DNA of 64,000 bases, taken from positions 150,375-214,374 of the forward strand of contig NW_019217830.1 of the NCBI RefSeq assembly GCF_002571385.2, written 5' to 3'. This DNA is from Stylophora pistillata. Lineage: Eukaryota. Both the position numbers and the translations under genes were made by a program. Below, piece after piece: positions 27,101 to 39,550 of this stretch (its first letter is position 1; every line of letters begins with the position of its first letter). The notes beneath the pieces are model-generated. The model did not search any database and was not told where the DNA came from. It saw only the letters and a program-made list of their open reading frames with translations.

Positions 27101-30100
27101 TAAATCCATGCACTTCATTTCCCAAAAGAAATCTCCTATGCGATCCACCCTTATCTATTTTTTGTGGTTCGAGACATATTTTTAGAGGTTCGAGCATCAT
27201 TTAACTTTCTTCGCTAACAAAACACTTCGATCGTATTATCATCGGGCGGGAATGCCTACAAAGGTGTTGTAAAACACTCAACTTAAAAATAAAAAAATGA
27301 GCATGGAAGGTCCCTGGGATAGAAACATTTACGGACGTATTGGAGACTCGCAGACATCATGCGAAAACCGAATTTTACTCACCTTGATTTGTTTCGCATA
27401 TTTTCTCACTTATGGAGGCTCCGTTTTCGCGCGCGTAACGTACTTTCGTTTATATCTTGTCAGTCTTAGATCTCCGGAAAAGTTTCGTCCCTGTTATTGT
27501 TTTTTAAGCGAGGTTTGGATCTATGTTGAAAATCCGTGACCCTAACCGAGTGATGACCGAACTTGCCTCCTGGTCGCGTCAGAATGGCGTGATCGTATTG
27601 CGTGAGTCTTATGACGTACAGGTAACGCGCGATTGCTAAGGTCATAAGGCTCTGGTACGTAAAGGTAGTGATTTGTTTTTTGGAGGTCACAACTGGCTGG
27701 ATAATATACTTTGAAGAATGGTCAGTCAACTGATCGGTAAAATGGAAAGCCCTTTCACCTTTGAACATGACACTTCTTAGTGTTTAGTCTATCATTCCAA
27801 TTATTTTTTACAGTGCCGGTGTAGGTTTTGGTAGCGGTATGACGCGAACCAAAGCTGTTATCACAAAAGAGGGGCTAGTCAGCTTGAACGTACCAACTAT
27901 CATCAAGAGTAGCTGCAAGATTTATGTGAAGAATTACCCTTTTGATCAGCAGGAATGCAAGCTGAAATTTGGCTCCTGGACGTATGATGCCTTGGGAATC
28001 GCATTGCAACTTGAGGTAAGCTTCAGATTTAAATATCAGAAACCAAGTAACGGCATTTAACTTTCAGACGTTATCCCAGTGACGTTAGGTATCAAGCACA
28101 GTATACAGGGAAAAAAATCACCAATTTACAGTCGGCGGAGAGAAGAAAGAATGATGCTTTTTCTTAGCTGTATATTTTTTCTTTGCATCCTCAGAACTCT
28201 TCAGCAGATCTGAGCGAATACTCCCCTAGCGTGGCGTGGGAACTACTTGGAGTTCCGGGAGAGTTTCACTCCCTATTTTACAATTGCTGTGTTAATCCGT
28301 ATGATGACGTCACCTACAGAATACAAATAAAGCGGAGGGCCTTGTATCATGCTATGTTTTTGATAATACCCTGTGCAATGATTTCTGTTTTAACTTTGTT
28401 GGTGTTCCTGTTACCTCCCGACTGCAACGAGAGAATGACAGTTGGTAAGGCTGTGCTTTATGGTGCGTTATTCTGCTGTTGATATACTTTTATCTTGTCT
28501 ATAATTCGCTCTATTCTTATTTTTCATGTCTTGTATTTTGTCTTGGTTCTTTTTTTTTTCTTTTGGTTTCATGTATTTATCCCCTTTTCCTAATCGTTTC
28601 GTATCAGAATTTTTATTGTCTGAACTTCCATTCCCGAGAGTCTTTACGACACGGTTTATTTGGGCTTACTGCTAGCCGTGTTCTTTGGTCTAATTACCAA
28701 AGAGTATACCTAATCCGGTACGTAGACTTGCCTGGCAAGCGCTTCGAATTTTTACGTCAAAACAAGCAAATGAGATCATCGTCTACAGTCTCATCAATTT
28801 TCTTTTCAGCACTCTGTACTGATCGCTAGCTATGTGACCTTTTTTTCAGGCATGGCAATTCTCGTTGGCTTAAGTTTCTTCTTTCTTCTTGTCGCTGAAA
28901 AAATGCCGGCCACGTCTGAAGCAGTACCTCTGGTGGGAATGTATTACACGGTGACTATGATAGAGGTATCCTGTGCCTTCTTCATGACGTGTTGGGTTCT
29001 CCGCTTTCACCATCAAAACCCGACTGAAGGAGAGGTTCCTAAATGGGTAAAAGTACGGCCTTCTTGATCATCATATTCATTATTATCATCCTTAGCTATC
29101 ATCATCATTCATCCGTATAGTCATCGTTATCGTTGTTGCCATTGCAATTGTCATTCTCTTTGTCACAGTCACCGTCACTTTCCTTAAAATCATCATCGTC
29201 ATCTTTATTGTCACTTTTGTGATCGTTATCATCTTCATTGTTGTTATAATTGACACTGTCTTTGTCATCTGTATGTCACTGTCATTGTATTTGTCCCTGA
29301 TGAGTTACCACCAGTTAACATCGTCGTCGTCGCGGTCAATATTATCTTTATCACCATTAGACCATCTTCAAGACTGTCATAGTAGTTGTCGTCAGCATTA
29401 TCATTATCATCAGTTGTTACAGTATTGACCGCGACAACACTAACAAAAACAACGACAACAACAACAACAACAACAGGAATAGCAACAAAATAAAGATATT
29501 ACACGAGAAAACAACAACAATAATAATACAGTTACTACAAATGTCTCGCCTACAATTTAGTACTATATTCCTTACTGTGACCACTTTTTTCATTCAAATT
29601 CCAAGGTCTATCTGCTTGGTTACGGAGCGAAGCTTTTCCGCTTTAAGTTCGAGAACAGCAACCCTTTCGGTGACTCTCTACAGGACAGCGATGTGCCTTC
29701 GGCAGAAAGCATTGCTGGTCATACAAGTAATGACATTTTCATTGCGTAATATTTAAGTGCAGAGCATACCAATCAGTATTTGAAGAATGGGTGACGCTAG
29801 GTTTTGTGTGTAAATACATGCTCCGATGACTCAGTTACTTTAATCGTTCAAAAGTGTTGTCTCGTTGAAATAAGCTTTCTTCCTTTCTGAAGTCGGTCTT
29901 TAAAGGTCGCTTGGAAGGCTTTAGATTGAAGGCTTCTGTTTTTTAAGGACATTAGATAACACGATTATGGAAGATATTTCTACCTCCTGTAAGTTTCCTG
30001 TTAACTCTTTATATTTATACTAAATTGGCGAAAATTGTTTTTATTTGAAGGGCCTTCTTACTAGAGCCAGAAAGTAGAAACAAGCATTTGATGTCAGCTC

Positions 30101-30467
30101 CAAAAGGCGTAATTTCTTAAAAGTTCTGAGTAAAACGAGATCAGCTCTTTCGTTGTAATTGCGTCACGGAGAAGTAAAGAAGTTTATCTTCTTCTTTTCA
30201 GTGAATGATAAGGAAACACTTGTTGCTAAGGACACGAAATTGCGTAACAACACAAAAAGAAGCGGCAACAGTCAAAATCACGTGCCAGATGATAAGAAGA
30301 GCACCAATAAGATCCTTGCGGACAATGTACGCCAGCAGATGATTTTGCAAGCGAGGCAGGACGAGTGGAGAAAGGCGGCCCTGGTGCTGAACCATATCTG
30401 TATCTGGATTTTTGTTCTTGCTGTTGTTGTGTCGTTTATGGCAATATTTTTACAAGCCCCATTCTAA
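24134..30467 (+). CDS. Nicotinic acetylcholine receptor alpha-type subunit (Cys-loop channel), 474 aa
   Basis: Exons 24134-24200 (signal peptide), 25352-25512, 25829-25873, 26688-26797, 27814-28015, 28195-28444, 28850-29052, 29606-29726, 30202-30467; 1425 nt in frame. WIPDIVLY, Cys-loop CKIYVKNYPFDQQEC, GSWTY, vicinal cysteines YNCC..PY, four TM helices. Confidence 0.95.
24513..25116. mobile_element. MITE (taagggagcagtcgttatttatc termini) interrupted by a younger MITE; related copies at about 26400-26602 and 42019-42264
   Basis: Shared aacagagtata..tagaaaattgac core and inverted (g/a)ataaataat right ends. Confidence 0.6.
24646..24998 (+). mobile_element. About 350-bp MITE (agggaccttaagaaaccacgacggcgacg TIR) in nAChR intron 1
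   Basis: Same family as the four copies at 30683-32070. Confidence 0.85.
29065..29530. repeat. Degenerate trinucleotide microsatellite (ATC/GTC/GTT, then AAC) in nAChR intron 7
   Basis: Visible low-complexity triplet runs. Confidence 0.8.
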
Positions 30468-30682
30468 AAGTCCCATAAACCTATACTCTCTCTCTGACGT
30501 TTTAGTACACTTTTAAATTGGCGCCGTTAAACTAAAACTAAATTAATTTGGGCATCCCCCGTTTAGCCTGACAACCGAACTAGCCTAGAAAGCCTGCCTT
30601 TTTTTCCGGTGTGCCTTGACTTAGAGCCTGGAAAAAGCTAATGCCAATTTTTTCTGAAAAGCCACTCAAACAAAAAGGAAAT

Positions 30683-32070
30683 AGGGACTTTAAGCAAACC
30701 ACGACGGCTACGGCAACGAGAACGTGGAAAAACAATAGATCTAATTGGCAGAACAATAGCCCAGCACGTGGGTTTTAAAACTTTGTACATTTCTTAGCCG
30801 TCCTTTGCAAAACAACAACGTGAAATCACCAAAATTTGCGTCGTCTGCGAAGCAAAACCGCGGCGGCAAATTGTTTTAATTTACAATTGGAATTTAACGC
30901 TACTTTTATGCGTTATGTTGAGTATGAGACGGTAAACATATGCAGCCATTTTCGAAATTCTAACTAAAAGTAGAAACTCATTTTTTAATCGAAGTCTTCC
31001 GCGGCGTTGCAGTACTGACTGCTTAACGTCCCTACTAGGGACCTCAAGAAACCACCACGGCGACGGCAACGAGGACGTGGAAAAACAAGAGATCTAATTG
31101 GCAGAACAATAGCTCAGCACGTGCATTTTGAAACTTTGAACTTTTCTTAGCCGTCCTATGCAAAACAACAACCTGAAATCGCTAAAATTTGCGTCGTCTG
31201 TGAACCGAAACCGCGACGGCAAATTATTTTAATTTCCATTTGGAACTCAAAGGCTACTTTATACGTCGTGCTGAAGTTGAGCTGTGGCGCTGTATGACAC
31301 AGTAAGCTCGTGCAGCCATTTTAGAAATTCTGACCAAGAGTAGAAATTCTTTTTTTAATCGAAGTCTTCCTTGGCGTCGCCGTCGTGGTTTCTTAAGGTT
31401 CCTAATAGGGACCCTACGCAATCAGAACGGCAACACCAAGGAAGACCGATTAAAAAAATTAATTTCTACTCTTAGTTGGAATTTCAAAAATGGTTGCAGG
31501 AGCTTACTGTCTTATACGGCGCCACAACTCAACTTCAGCACGACGTATTAAAGTAGCGTTGAGTTCCAAATGGAAATTAAAATAATTTGCCGTCGCGGTT
31601 TCGGTTCGCAGACGACGAAAATTTTGGCGATTTCACGTTGTTGTTTTGCATAGGACGGCTAAGAAATGTACAAAGTTTCAAAATGCACGTGCCGAGCTAT
31701 TGTTCTACCAATTAGATCTCTTCAGTTTTCCACGTCCTCGTGGCCGTCGCCGACGTGGCAAAACAAAAGATTTAATGGGCAGAACAATAGCCAGCACGTG
31801 CGTTTTAAAATGTTGTACATTTCTTTGCAAAACAACAACGTGAAATCATCAAAATTTGCGTCGTCTGCCCAAGGAAATGACGACGGCAACTTATTGTAAT
31901 TTCCATTTGGAACTCAACGCTGCTAATGTGAGTTATGCTGAAGCTGAGGTGTGGCGGCGTAAGAGATGGCAAACACATACAGCCATTTTCGAAATTCTAA
32001 TGAAAAGTAGAAATTCATTTTTTAATCGGCGTCTTCCTTAGCGTTGCCGTCCTGACTGCTTAAGATCCCT
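30683..32070. mobile_element. Stack of four MITE copies: A 30683-31033, B 31037-31403, C 31407-~31752, D ~31753-32070
   Basis: AGGG...CCT termini separated by AAT/ACT. Orientation relative to the 24646 copy: reverse, reverse, forward, reverse. Confidence 0.9.
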
Positions 32071-32661
32071 AATATCAACGAGACCGACGAGCGCTCTGTG
32101 TAAAAACACGAAGAATACCCGAGATGCGGGAAAGCTCGTTCCAATGCCAGCGAATTCAATTAATGTATCAAGCTTTGTCCAGGCTGTTCACTGTAAATTT
32201 AATAGGAGCGCATCTCGTTTTCATCAGTTTTTGTTCATCCCTGAGCGACATTTACGTACGGTTACCGAAAAGGGCATAAGAACCGGCTAAACGGTCTAGT
32301 TGAAGTAAAGGCAGTCCTCAAAAGTATGTAAGTTCTCAAAAACTCACTCGCCCAAAGCAGTTTCAATTGAGTGCTGAAAGCAATCCTGGATTACATTAGT
32401 TTTGCGTTACTTGGTTTGGTGATTGGTTCGGAAAATTCCCGCCACTTTCTCACGCAGTCTTGCATTTGTTATGCACCATTGGGATCTTTGACTGGTCACA
32501 AAATCTCGCTCCATTTTCTGTTGTGATTCTTTTCACGATAACCAAACTTTGGGTTATTCGGTTATTCGGAGATGATGAAATAATTCTAAGAGTAGAGTGG
32601 AGGGCGACTTACGAACAAACCTTGATCTGACTTTGTGTAAATCAACATTGATATCATGTGT

Positions 32662-32673
32662 AATAAATTTATT
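32662..32673. terminator. Back-to-back poly(A) signals AATAAA-TTTATT between convergent genes
   Basis: First canonical AATAAA I can find downstream of both the nAChR stop (+) and the repeat-protein stop (-). Confidence 0.4.
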
Positions 32674-33312
32674 GTTATGAAAATCAAATTACAATAGATC
32701 GTACCAATCTTTTGTCATATTTTGTTATTCAGTGCAATTTGTATTGATGTACTTAAATCGTTGAGTGGGAGCACATAATTTACAATCTCTTACTAATTCA
32801 ACAGCGATCCCTGAACCACCCTCATCCAAAGTTAGAATTATTCTGAAAAACAGACTCTAATCTGTCTATGGATCTGATTTAAGGGTTCAACTACATACTC
32901 CACTCCGGCTTTTTCCCAGGTAGGGCTGACCAACCACAAGTTGGTCGGCACCTATTGGCTGAGAGTCATTTTCGTGAAATTTCATACTACGTCATCTCAA
33001 AAAACTCTTGGAAATGCATTTTGTATTAGATATCATTTTATATCTACGCTAACACTGAAGAATAACATATCATTTCAAACGAAAGCGACCCGCAGTTGTC
33101 TTTCCTTCGCGAGGTTTGTTTAGGTGACGATTTTCTTTTGCAGGTTATGTTATTACAATTTAATTTAACCTCTGACACAGGGGCGTAGCCAGGGGGACTT
33201 CTGGATTGTATATACAAAGGGTTGAAATTGATCTTTGACAAGCGACGTCGGTCGTTAAATGGTCAGTTACGTATTAATGAAGTCCTATTCAACCAGTTTT
33301 TCCTAGACAGAG

Positions 33313-36300
33313 TCAATCGCCGTTTTGGTCAAACACTGCGCGGTTACTCGTCACAGATTGAATTCCCATCAGATCGCCGGCATCCGAATTTCGGACTGCC
33401 TTTTTCTGAACCATTTCGCCGCTGTCAATCCGTTGCCTTGTTCCCTTGACCACTCCCGAGATTCCTGAGAAGTCTTCGTCCTCCACCATTTTGTGTGCTT
33501 CTTTAATCATCTCACCTCGTTCTATTTGCTGCGTTGTCTGCTTAGCTCGGCCGGAGATGTTTGAAAAATCTTCGTCCTCTACCATCTTGTGCCCCCCTTT
33601 AATTAGTTCTCCCTTTTCTATTCGCTGGGTTGTTTCCTTAGCGACGCCACGAGCTACGCCAAAGTCTTCTGTGTCGACCATCTTGGGTGTTTCTTTGATA
33701 AACCCGCCCGACTCGATTTCTCGCGTCGCTTCCTTAGCACGCCCTTGAATAACGGAGAAATCTTCATCGGCAATAGTTCTTTTCGTTTCTGTATGAGGTA
33801 CACCTTCCTTTTCGTAACTTGTTTTCACGGCAAGAGCTACACCACGGGCAGCTTCCAGTTCATCTCTCTCGTTGTCCATGGTTCGCCTTCTCGGTACCTG
33901 ATTTGAAGCCGCTTCCTGGAAATTCTTCATTTGTTCTTTGGCTGATCCTGGTGACACAACGGGTTCCTCTCGCTCGATTACGTTTTGCTCTTCAAATTCA
34001 CCTTTTTCTTATCGATTTCTGGCGGCAGAAGCTAAGCCAGGACTTAGGACTTCATCTTCGATCTGGGACTTTTCATATCCCTTCGTAGCTGCTGCTTTAA
34101 GGGCTTCCTTTGTGGCTCGAGCAGCACCAGACTGTGGAAGTTCCTCCTTCCAAGAATCTTGAAGATTCGACTCTGCATGGATAACTTTATCCTGTTCAAA
34201 CATTTGCCTTACACCTCGAGCACTGCCTGGGGCAGGAAGAGCATCCTGTTCGTCTAAGGCCTGATTCTTGTTCGATGAGTCCTCCAAACTTTGCATGTAC
34301 ATGGCAGTCCTTGCTTTTGCCTCCCCTTTCTCCGGTTCAAAGCTCAAGCGCCTCTGTGCCTTTTCTTCACCTTCACTGCTCTTCTCAAATCGACGTCGCA
34401 CGTCGGAAGCTGCACCAGCTGAAGGCATTTCTTCGGTAATATCCTTCTCACTCACGTGCCTGTCCTCGGCATGGCTGACCTGACCAGACTCGAAATTTGC
34501 ACGCGTCTTGGATGCGATACCTGCGGTTGGTAAATGCTCTTCTTCTTCACCTTCTATCTTCCTTTCCACATTACTCACTTTACCTTTTTCAAAGGCCTCT
34601 CTGTTTGAAGAAGCTATTCCACCCTGGATATCTTCGAGATCTTCAACTTCTCTTTGACGCGAATTTGCTTTTGAAGCCTGATGTTCTTGATACCTCTTCA
34701 TGCTAGCTTTAGTCACGCCGGAAAGTATCTGCAAATCAAAGGGAGTCTCTTTCTCTTGCTGTTGTGGCTTAGATTCAAAGATTTCCTTGGCTCTCCTTGC
34801 GCTACCGGTTCTTGGGAGCTCCTCCTCTGAAATCTTCCCCCTTTGCTCTTGTTCCCTTGAAAGAAAAAGGAACAAAAGACAAAGGTGAGCCAATATTCTG
34901 TCGATATGTATTGTTCTAATACTAAGTGCTCCAATATATAAAAAAAATTAGCCTCTTTGCAAAATGTTGCACAAAATTTACAAGTCAACAATCAACGATG
35001 ATTCCAGTTCCAGTTATTGGCAAAAATAGACTAACCTAAAGGAAAAAACGATCTGACTGTCTGCTGGGGGATAACTCCTCATTCACTCAGGCGGAGATTC
35101 AACACTCGAAATGTCAGCTTCAGAAAATCTTAACGGTGGCCAATTTACATTATCAAATCAGTTGATAAAACCAAATGATTTTGTTATACCAATCCCTTTC
35201 CCCCTACCCCTCCCCCCTCCTTGACGCAGCCCTACTGTTTATACAAACCTACCCCCTTTTAATCGATCTATTTGTCTGAATAACTGACCGGATTACTAAC
35301 TGAATGACTAAATGGGTTTCCTAATGAGATATGCTAAAGAAAATTAATCTCACCAACAATCACGTTTCAGAAATATGGAAAACAATTAGACGATGAAACT
35401 GATTAAATTTTGAACAAAGTAATCAAAAGTATATGAACTTCATATATTTCATTGTATCTAAAGTAATCATTATACCGTCGGTCAAAATGGCAGGAAGTGA
35501 AAATCTGCCAAAAAATTTCAGTCAATGACAAAGTTAGGCGATAGCCTCAACTGTAAACGGCGGATATAGCCCGGCAAACAAAGAGCACCCACAAAGCCGC
35601 CTGCCATTCTTAGAAAAGTGTTCTCGGAAAAATCGAAAAACGCGTGCTTAATATAACCTTGACCTAAAGGGTTATCTTATCACATCTCATAAATTATGAA
35701 ACCTTATCTGATCCAAAAATAACATTGTCAATCCAAACAATTACAAGTCGTAAAAAATTGGATCCCTGTCTGTCTATCAAAGAGTTATGCTTATTCTCCC
35801 TATCGAACAAATACAACAATTGCGAAAATTTTCCAAATGGAAGCCTCAGGGCAATAAAAGTAACTCAAAAATCAGAATATGAAATTAAATTTCGAAGGAA
35901 TAATAGTCATAATCGTGCTCGAAGAGGCTATAGGGCTGATTATTCTTGGCTTTTCGAAAGTACCTTTGGATTCGAATGTTGATTCCCTCATGGCTTAAAC
36001 CAGCATACCAGTAATTCTCAAACATGTACTTCGAGTTTCGTTTTATAGTAAATGAAAGCATTACGAGATGTATTTATCAAAAAATCTAATATTTTTTACT
36101 TTGCATAATATTGTTTGACGGCAGAAATTATCAAATTCACAGCGATAATCTTAAAACTTTTCATTCTGGACACGTAACGATCTTTGAAGTCCAGTCATAT
36201 AGCGGTTGATAAGTTTGAAAGACGCTCTGTCTTTGTTATTTATCGACATCTTGCCGTCGAATTTGACCATCGAGCTACCACAAAACAGCAATGGATAAGT

Positions 36301-39300
36301 CAGTACTCCTGAAGTTTTAAACCTGGTTTGTTTACAGGTTGGAAAAATGTATAAATCAGCGATAGTGATACATACCTAAACGGTCTAAATCGAAACTGAT
36401 CGGCGGAATACAATATTCGCCGGATAGAGTTGCTGAAATCGACTAAAAGAGCCGCCAAAACACGCCACCAGCAATGAGGATAAAATACCCAAATTAGAAC
36501 CGCGTTGACTAGCGTATCGGTCTTGCAGGGCGGGTAGTAAACAATTCTAGTTCTACCAATACCATCACAGGACTTGATTACCTTCAATAAAGTTACCAAG
36601 ACTCGGCTTTTAATTGTCAAAGAGCCTCGTCTGTCTGAAACTCTTTCATTAAACCTGATTTGAAACCAGGTAGGAAAGGAATATTTCTGTTAAGCTCCGT
36701 CAAAATAAGGTTGAACAGGTGGCATGGGATAATACTCAAATAATCAATAAAATATCGCTGTGCATCGTCCACCGTTTAATTTGACAACTCTGTAATATCT
36801 TTTCAATTTCTTGTTTGATCCTTACGTAGCGCTGGTAGCTGTCGCGTAAACGTTCACATGGCATGTATGCTTTAAATTTTCTTATCTTTCTGAGGTGTCC
36901 TTTTTCCTAGAGAGATTCTGACTATCTTACACTTCTGTCATCTACGAGAAATTCGGTTCGTTTAATATTCGATTTGTTACATAGATGAAGGTACATCTTA
37001 CAGAGAAAATGGGAACTTAAGCAAAGATCGAAATATTTCCAGCTGAAAGTCGGCAGAGAAAGTGTATTTTTTGCTATTCATGAGAAAACAGCAAATAAAA
37101 TAATGAATTTCCCCATTTCTTTTCTTTTTTTTTTTTTTATGGAAGCGATCATATAGAACTGCAATTGCCACTAATTGTTTTTATCAATAGCTACAGTTTC
37201 AAAAGTCATTCTTGTCAAAACCACCCCCTGCAGACCCCCCACGGAGAATTTTGACCTAGAGTTACAGAGTGCAGTCAATAACATGGGCTCCTTTCAAAAG
37301 TAGTTTTAATTGGACTTGAACTGTAGTCTTACGCAAGGAATGAAATATAAAAGGGCTTAGGAAGATTACCCTAGCAGGTCTGATTTGACAATCACTAAGC
37401 AGCTAACAAAAATTACGCGCAAGCGTTACACTCTGGTCACAACCCTAGCCCCGTGGAGTACAATTTTTGCCCGCAGCTTTTGACTTTTGTGGATATCCAA
37501 CTTGTCAACGCAATGTTAACTTTGCGTCAAGTTAAACAAACTTGACTGTTTATCATGAAAACAAACTGTAATAGGTTTTTATTCACATATCCTTGAGATA
37601 AGTTTGTTTTTCAGGAAACTAAATAAAAAACCACTTCAGTTTTCCTCTAGATTTCCACTTGAAGAAAGAAAAACAAAGAGGTTGCGAAAGAGCGGGAAGT
37701 TGGCCCTGCATCACTACGGTATCTTTCAAGCGTGGACAAAATTGTTTCAGTATTTGTACATGCCTTATTTTTTCCTGTGATACACAGAAAAATGTTGTAA
37801 CTCCTCGCTTCCCACATAAATTCACGTAATAGTTTAACTCAAATTGATCCATCAGCTGGGATAAAAAAATTGAGATCAGCTCTATAAATTTAGATGTGCT
37901 TACTGCCGTTTCTGGGCCGTTAAACGATTCGTGAGTTAGAAAAAATAGAAAAAAAGATAAACTGGTGAAGCGAATGGGTCATCTTCTGACGACAGACAAA
38001 CTATACTGTAAAGCAATAAACGAGCTTAAAAGCAGGTACTTACGAAATTATCTACTCATGATACATTGTGCCCGAGGCTGGCATTTCAATCACATTCGTT
38101 ATGCTTAACGCATAATCTCCTTCAACAGATCAAAATGTGTTTATTTAAAGTCCATCCTAAAGGCATCCGAAGCTAGGTTCAGTATTTCCTTTGCCACGAA
38201 CGGATTCTTTTTTATGTCTGAGTGCCCCTCTCGTAAATTAGAGGGTTCAAGAATTTTTGTCTTTCAACGACTCTTTGGAAAAAATCTCTGCGATTCAAAG
38301 TGTTTTCTCTTTTGTTACGTCTCTGTTAAAAGGTTGGGAAGGGTTTAAAACCACGTACTGTAATATTCCTATCTCAAGTGTCTGTCAAAACTACCGTATA
38401 CTAGCATGTATTATCATTATTGACATCACTCGGATCTTACACAAAATGTTGATTTTGTCTCAATCCTAGATAATGCAGTTTTTATTACGAGAACACGCTA
38501 GAACTCCACGGATTTGAAGTTAATTCGTACAAATCCTTCAAACAATACGCTGACCACCCGATTTGAGATCAATTGGCACGGGATTAAGGGACTTCGGATG
38601 AGGCAATTTTATTGGCTGTGAGCCATGACATGTATTGAAATGTTAGAAGATATTGTGGCGTGACGATTTTCGCTAAAATTACCATCTGTCGTAGTACAAA
38701 AGCAGCGAGCTCCATCCTACAGAGGTCATTTATATTTCATTGAAAAAATTTCTTGAAACAATTTTGATAAGAAGGCTATGGCAAGGTTGTTCTTACACTC
38801 GGTCAAGATCTCCGTGGTCAGTTACTGTTTTAAGTCATCTTGGGGACGAAAGTTCGTTTGGTAGCGGACCCAGTTTCGAAATACTCAATCTAGTTTGTTT
38901 GCACAAAAAAGACATACTTTTGCATCCAGTAGGGCTATTGTAAATGTTAAGAGATGCATAAATTTTCAAGATTGTCACTGAATTAAACTTCAGGTTAAAA
39001 AACAGTGATTTCCTATCTTTTGGGTCCGGGTTGTTTAAGGGCACAGACATTATGTGAAAACATCCACCAGAGCTTAAGTTATCTCTGTACAAACAAACCT
39101 TTAGCGCTAGAGTCATCAAATAATTTCCCAAACCACCGGTAAAGAATTGCAAACGAAAGCGCTAGACTGAAATTGTAATAATTGTCACATCTGAAGTTCA
39201 AAACCGCAAAAAAGGTCGATCTTTCCAATTGATAAATTTAGGAAAATTGAGCTATGCTGTGGTGGAACACATGATTAACATCACATGAATTTTTAAGATT

Positions 39301-39550
39301 AATCTATAGCCATCCCGTAAAAGAAATCTCCAATTTCTGCCCAGTAACGCGAGGTATCGAAATAACCTTTTCATTCCACTCACAGTTTTACAACTTACAT
39401 TCGTTCGCGTTCGATTTCTTCTTGGTCCACCTCTTCCCAATAAGTAGCACTTTTCACTGCCACAAGTTGTGGATCATCCACTTCTCCGTTTCTAGAATCA
39501 TCTGCATGGTTCACTCCCTCGATATTCGCATCACCGTTCACAGGATCCAT
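33313..39550 (-). CDS. Uncharacterised acidic repeat protein with 16 Xin-like G-x8-[FYIL]-E motifs (putative actin-binding); 564 codons including one in-frame TAA at 34011-34009
   Basis: Exon 39550-39399 (MDPVNG...EIERER, strong gtaagt donor, phase 2) joins exon 34855-33313 in phase. The two listed ORFs (34009-34893 and 33313-33957) are the same frame separated by one stop. Confidence 0.75.

Noticed and set aside
28479-29428. Hydrophobic ORFs 28479-28829 and 29219-29428 as membrane proteins
   Set aside because: They are T-rich or microsatellite intron sequence of the nAChR gene.
30881-32041. Short ORFs in the MITE stack as transposase
   Set aside because: No DDE or other recognisable motifs; the elements are non-autonomous.
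33313-34893. Two separate genes for ORFs 33313-33957 and 34009-34893
   Set aside because: Same frame and continuous repeat register, with no convincing intron around the stop; this is one coding exon.
38035-38300. Extra coding exon of the repeat protein (good gtaagt donor near 38043)
   Set aside because: All three frames have stops just before the donor; at most a non-coding alternative exon.
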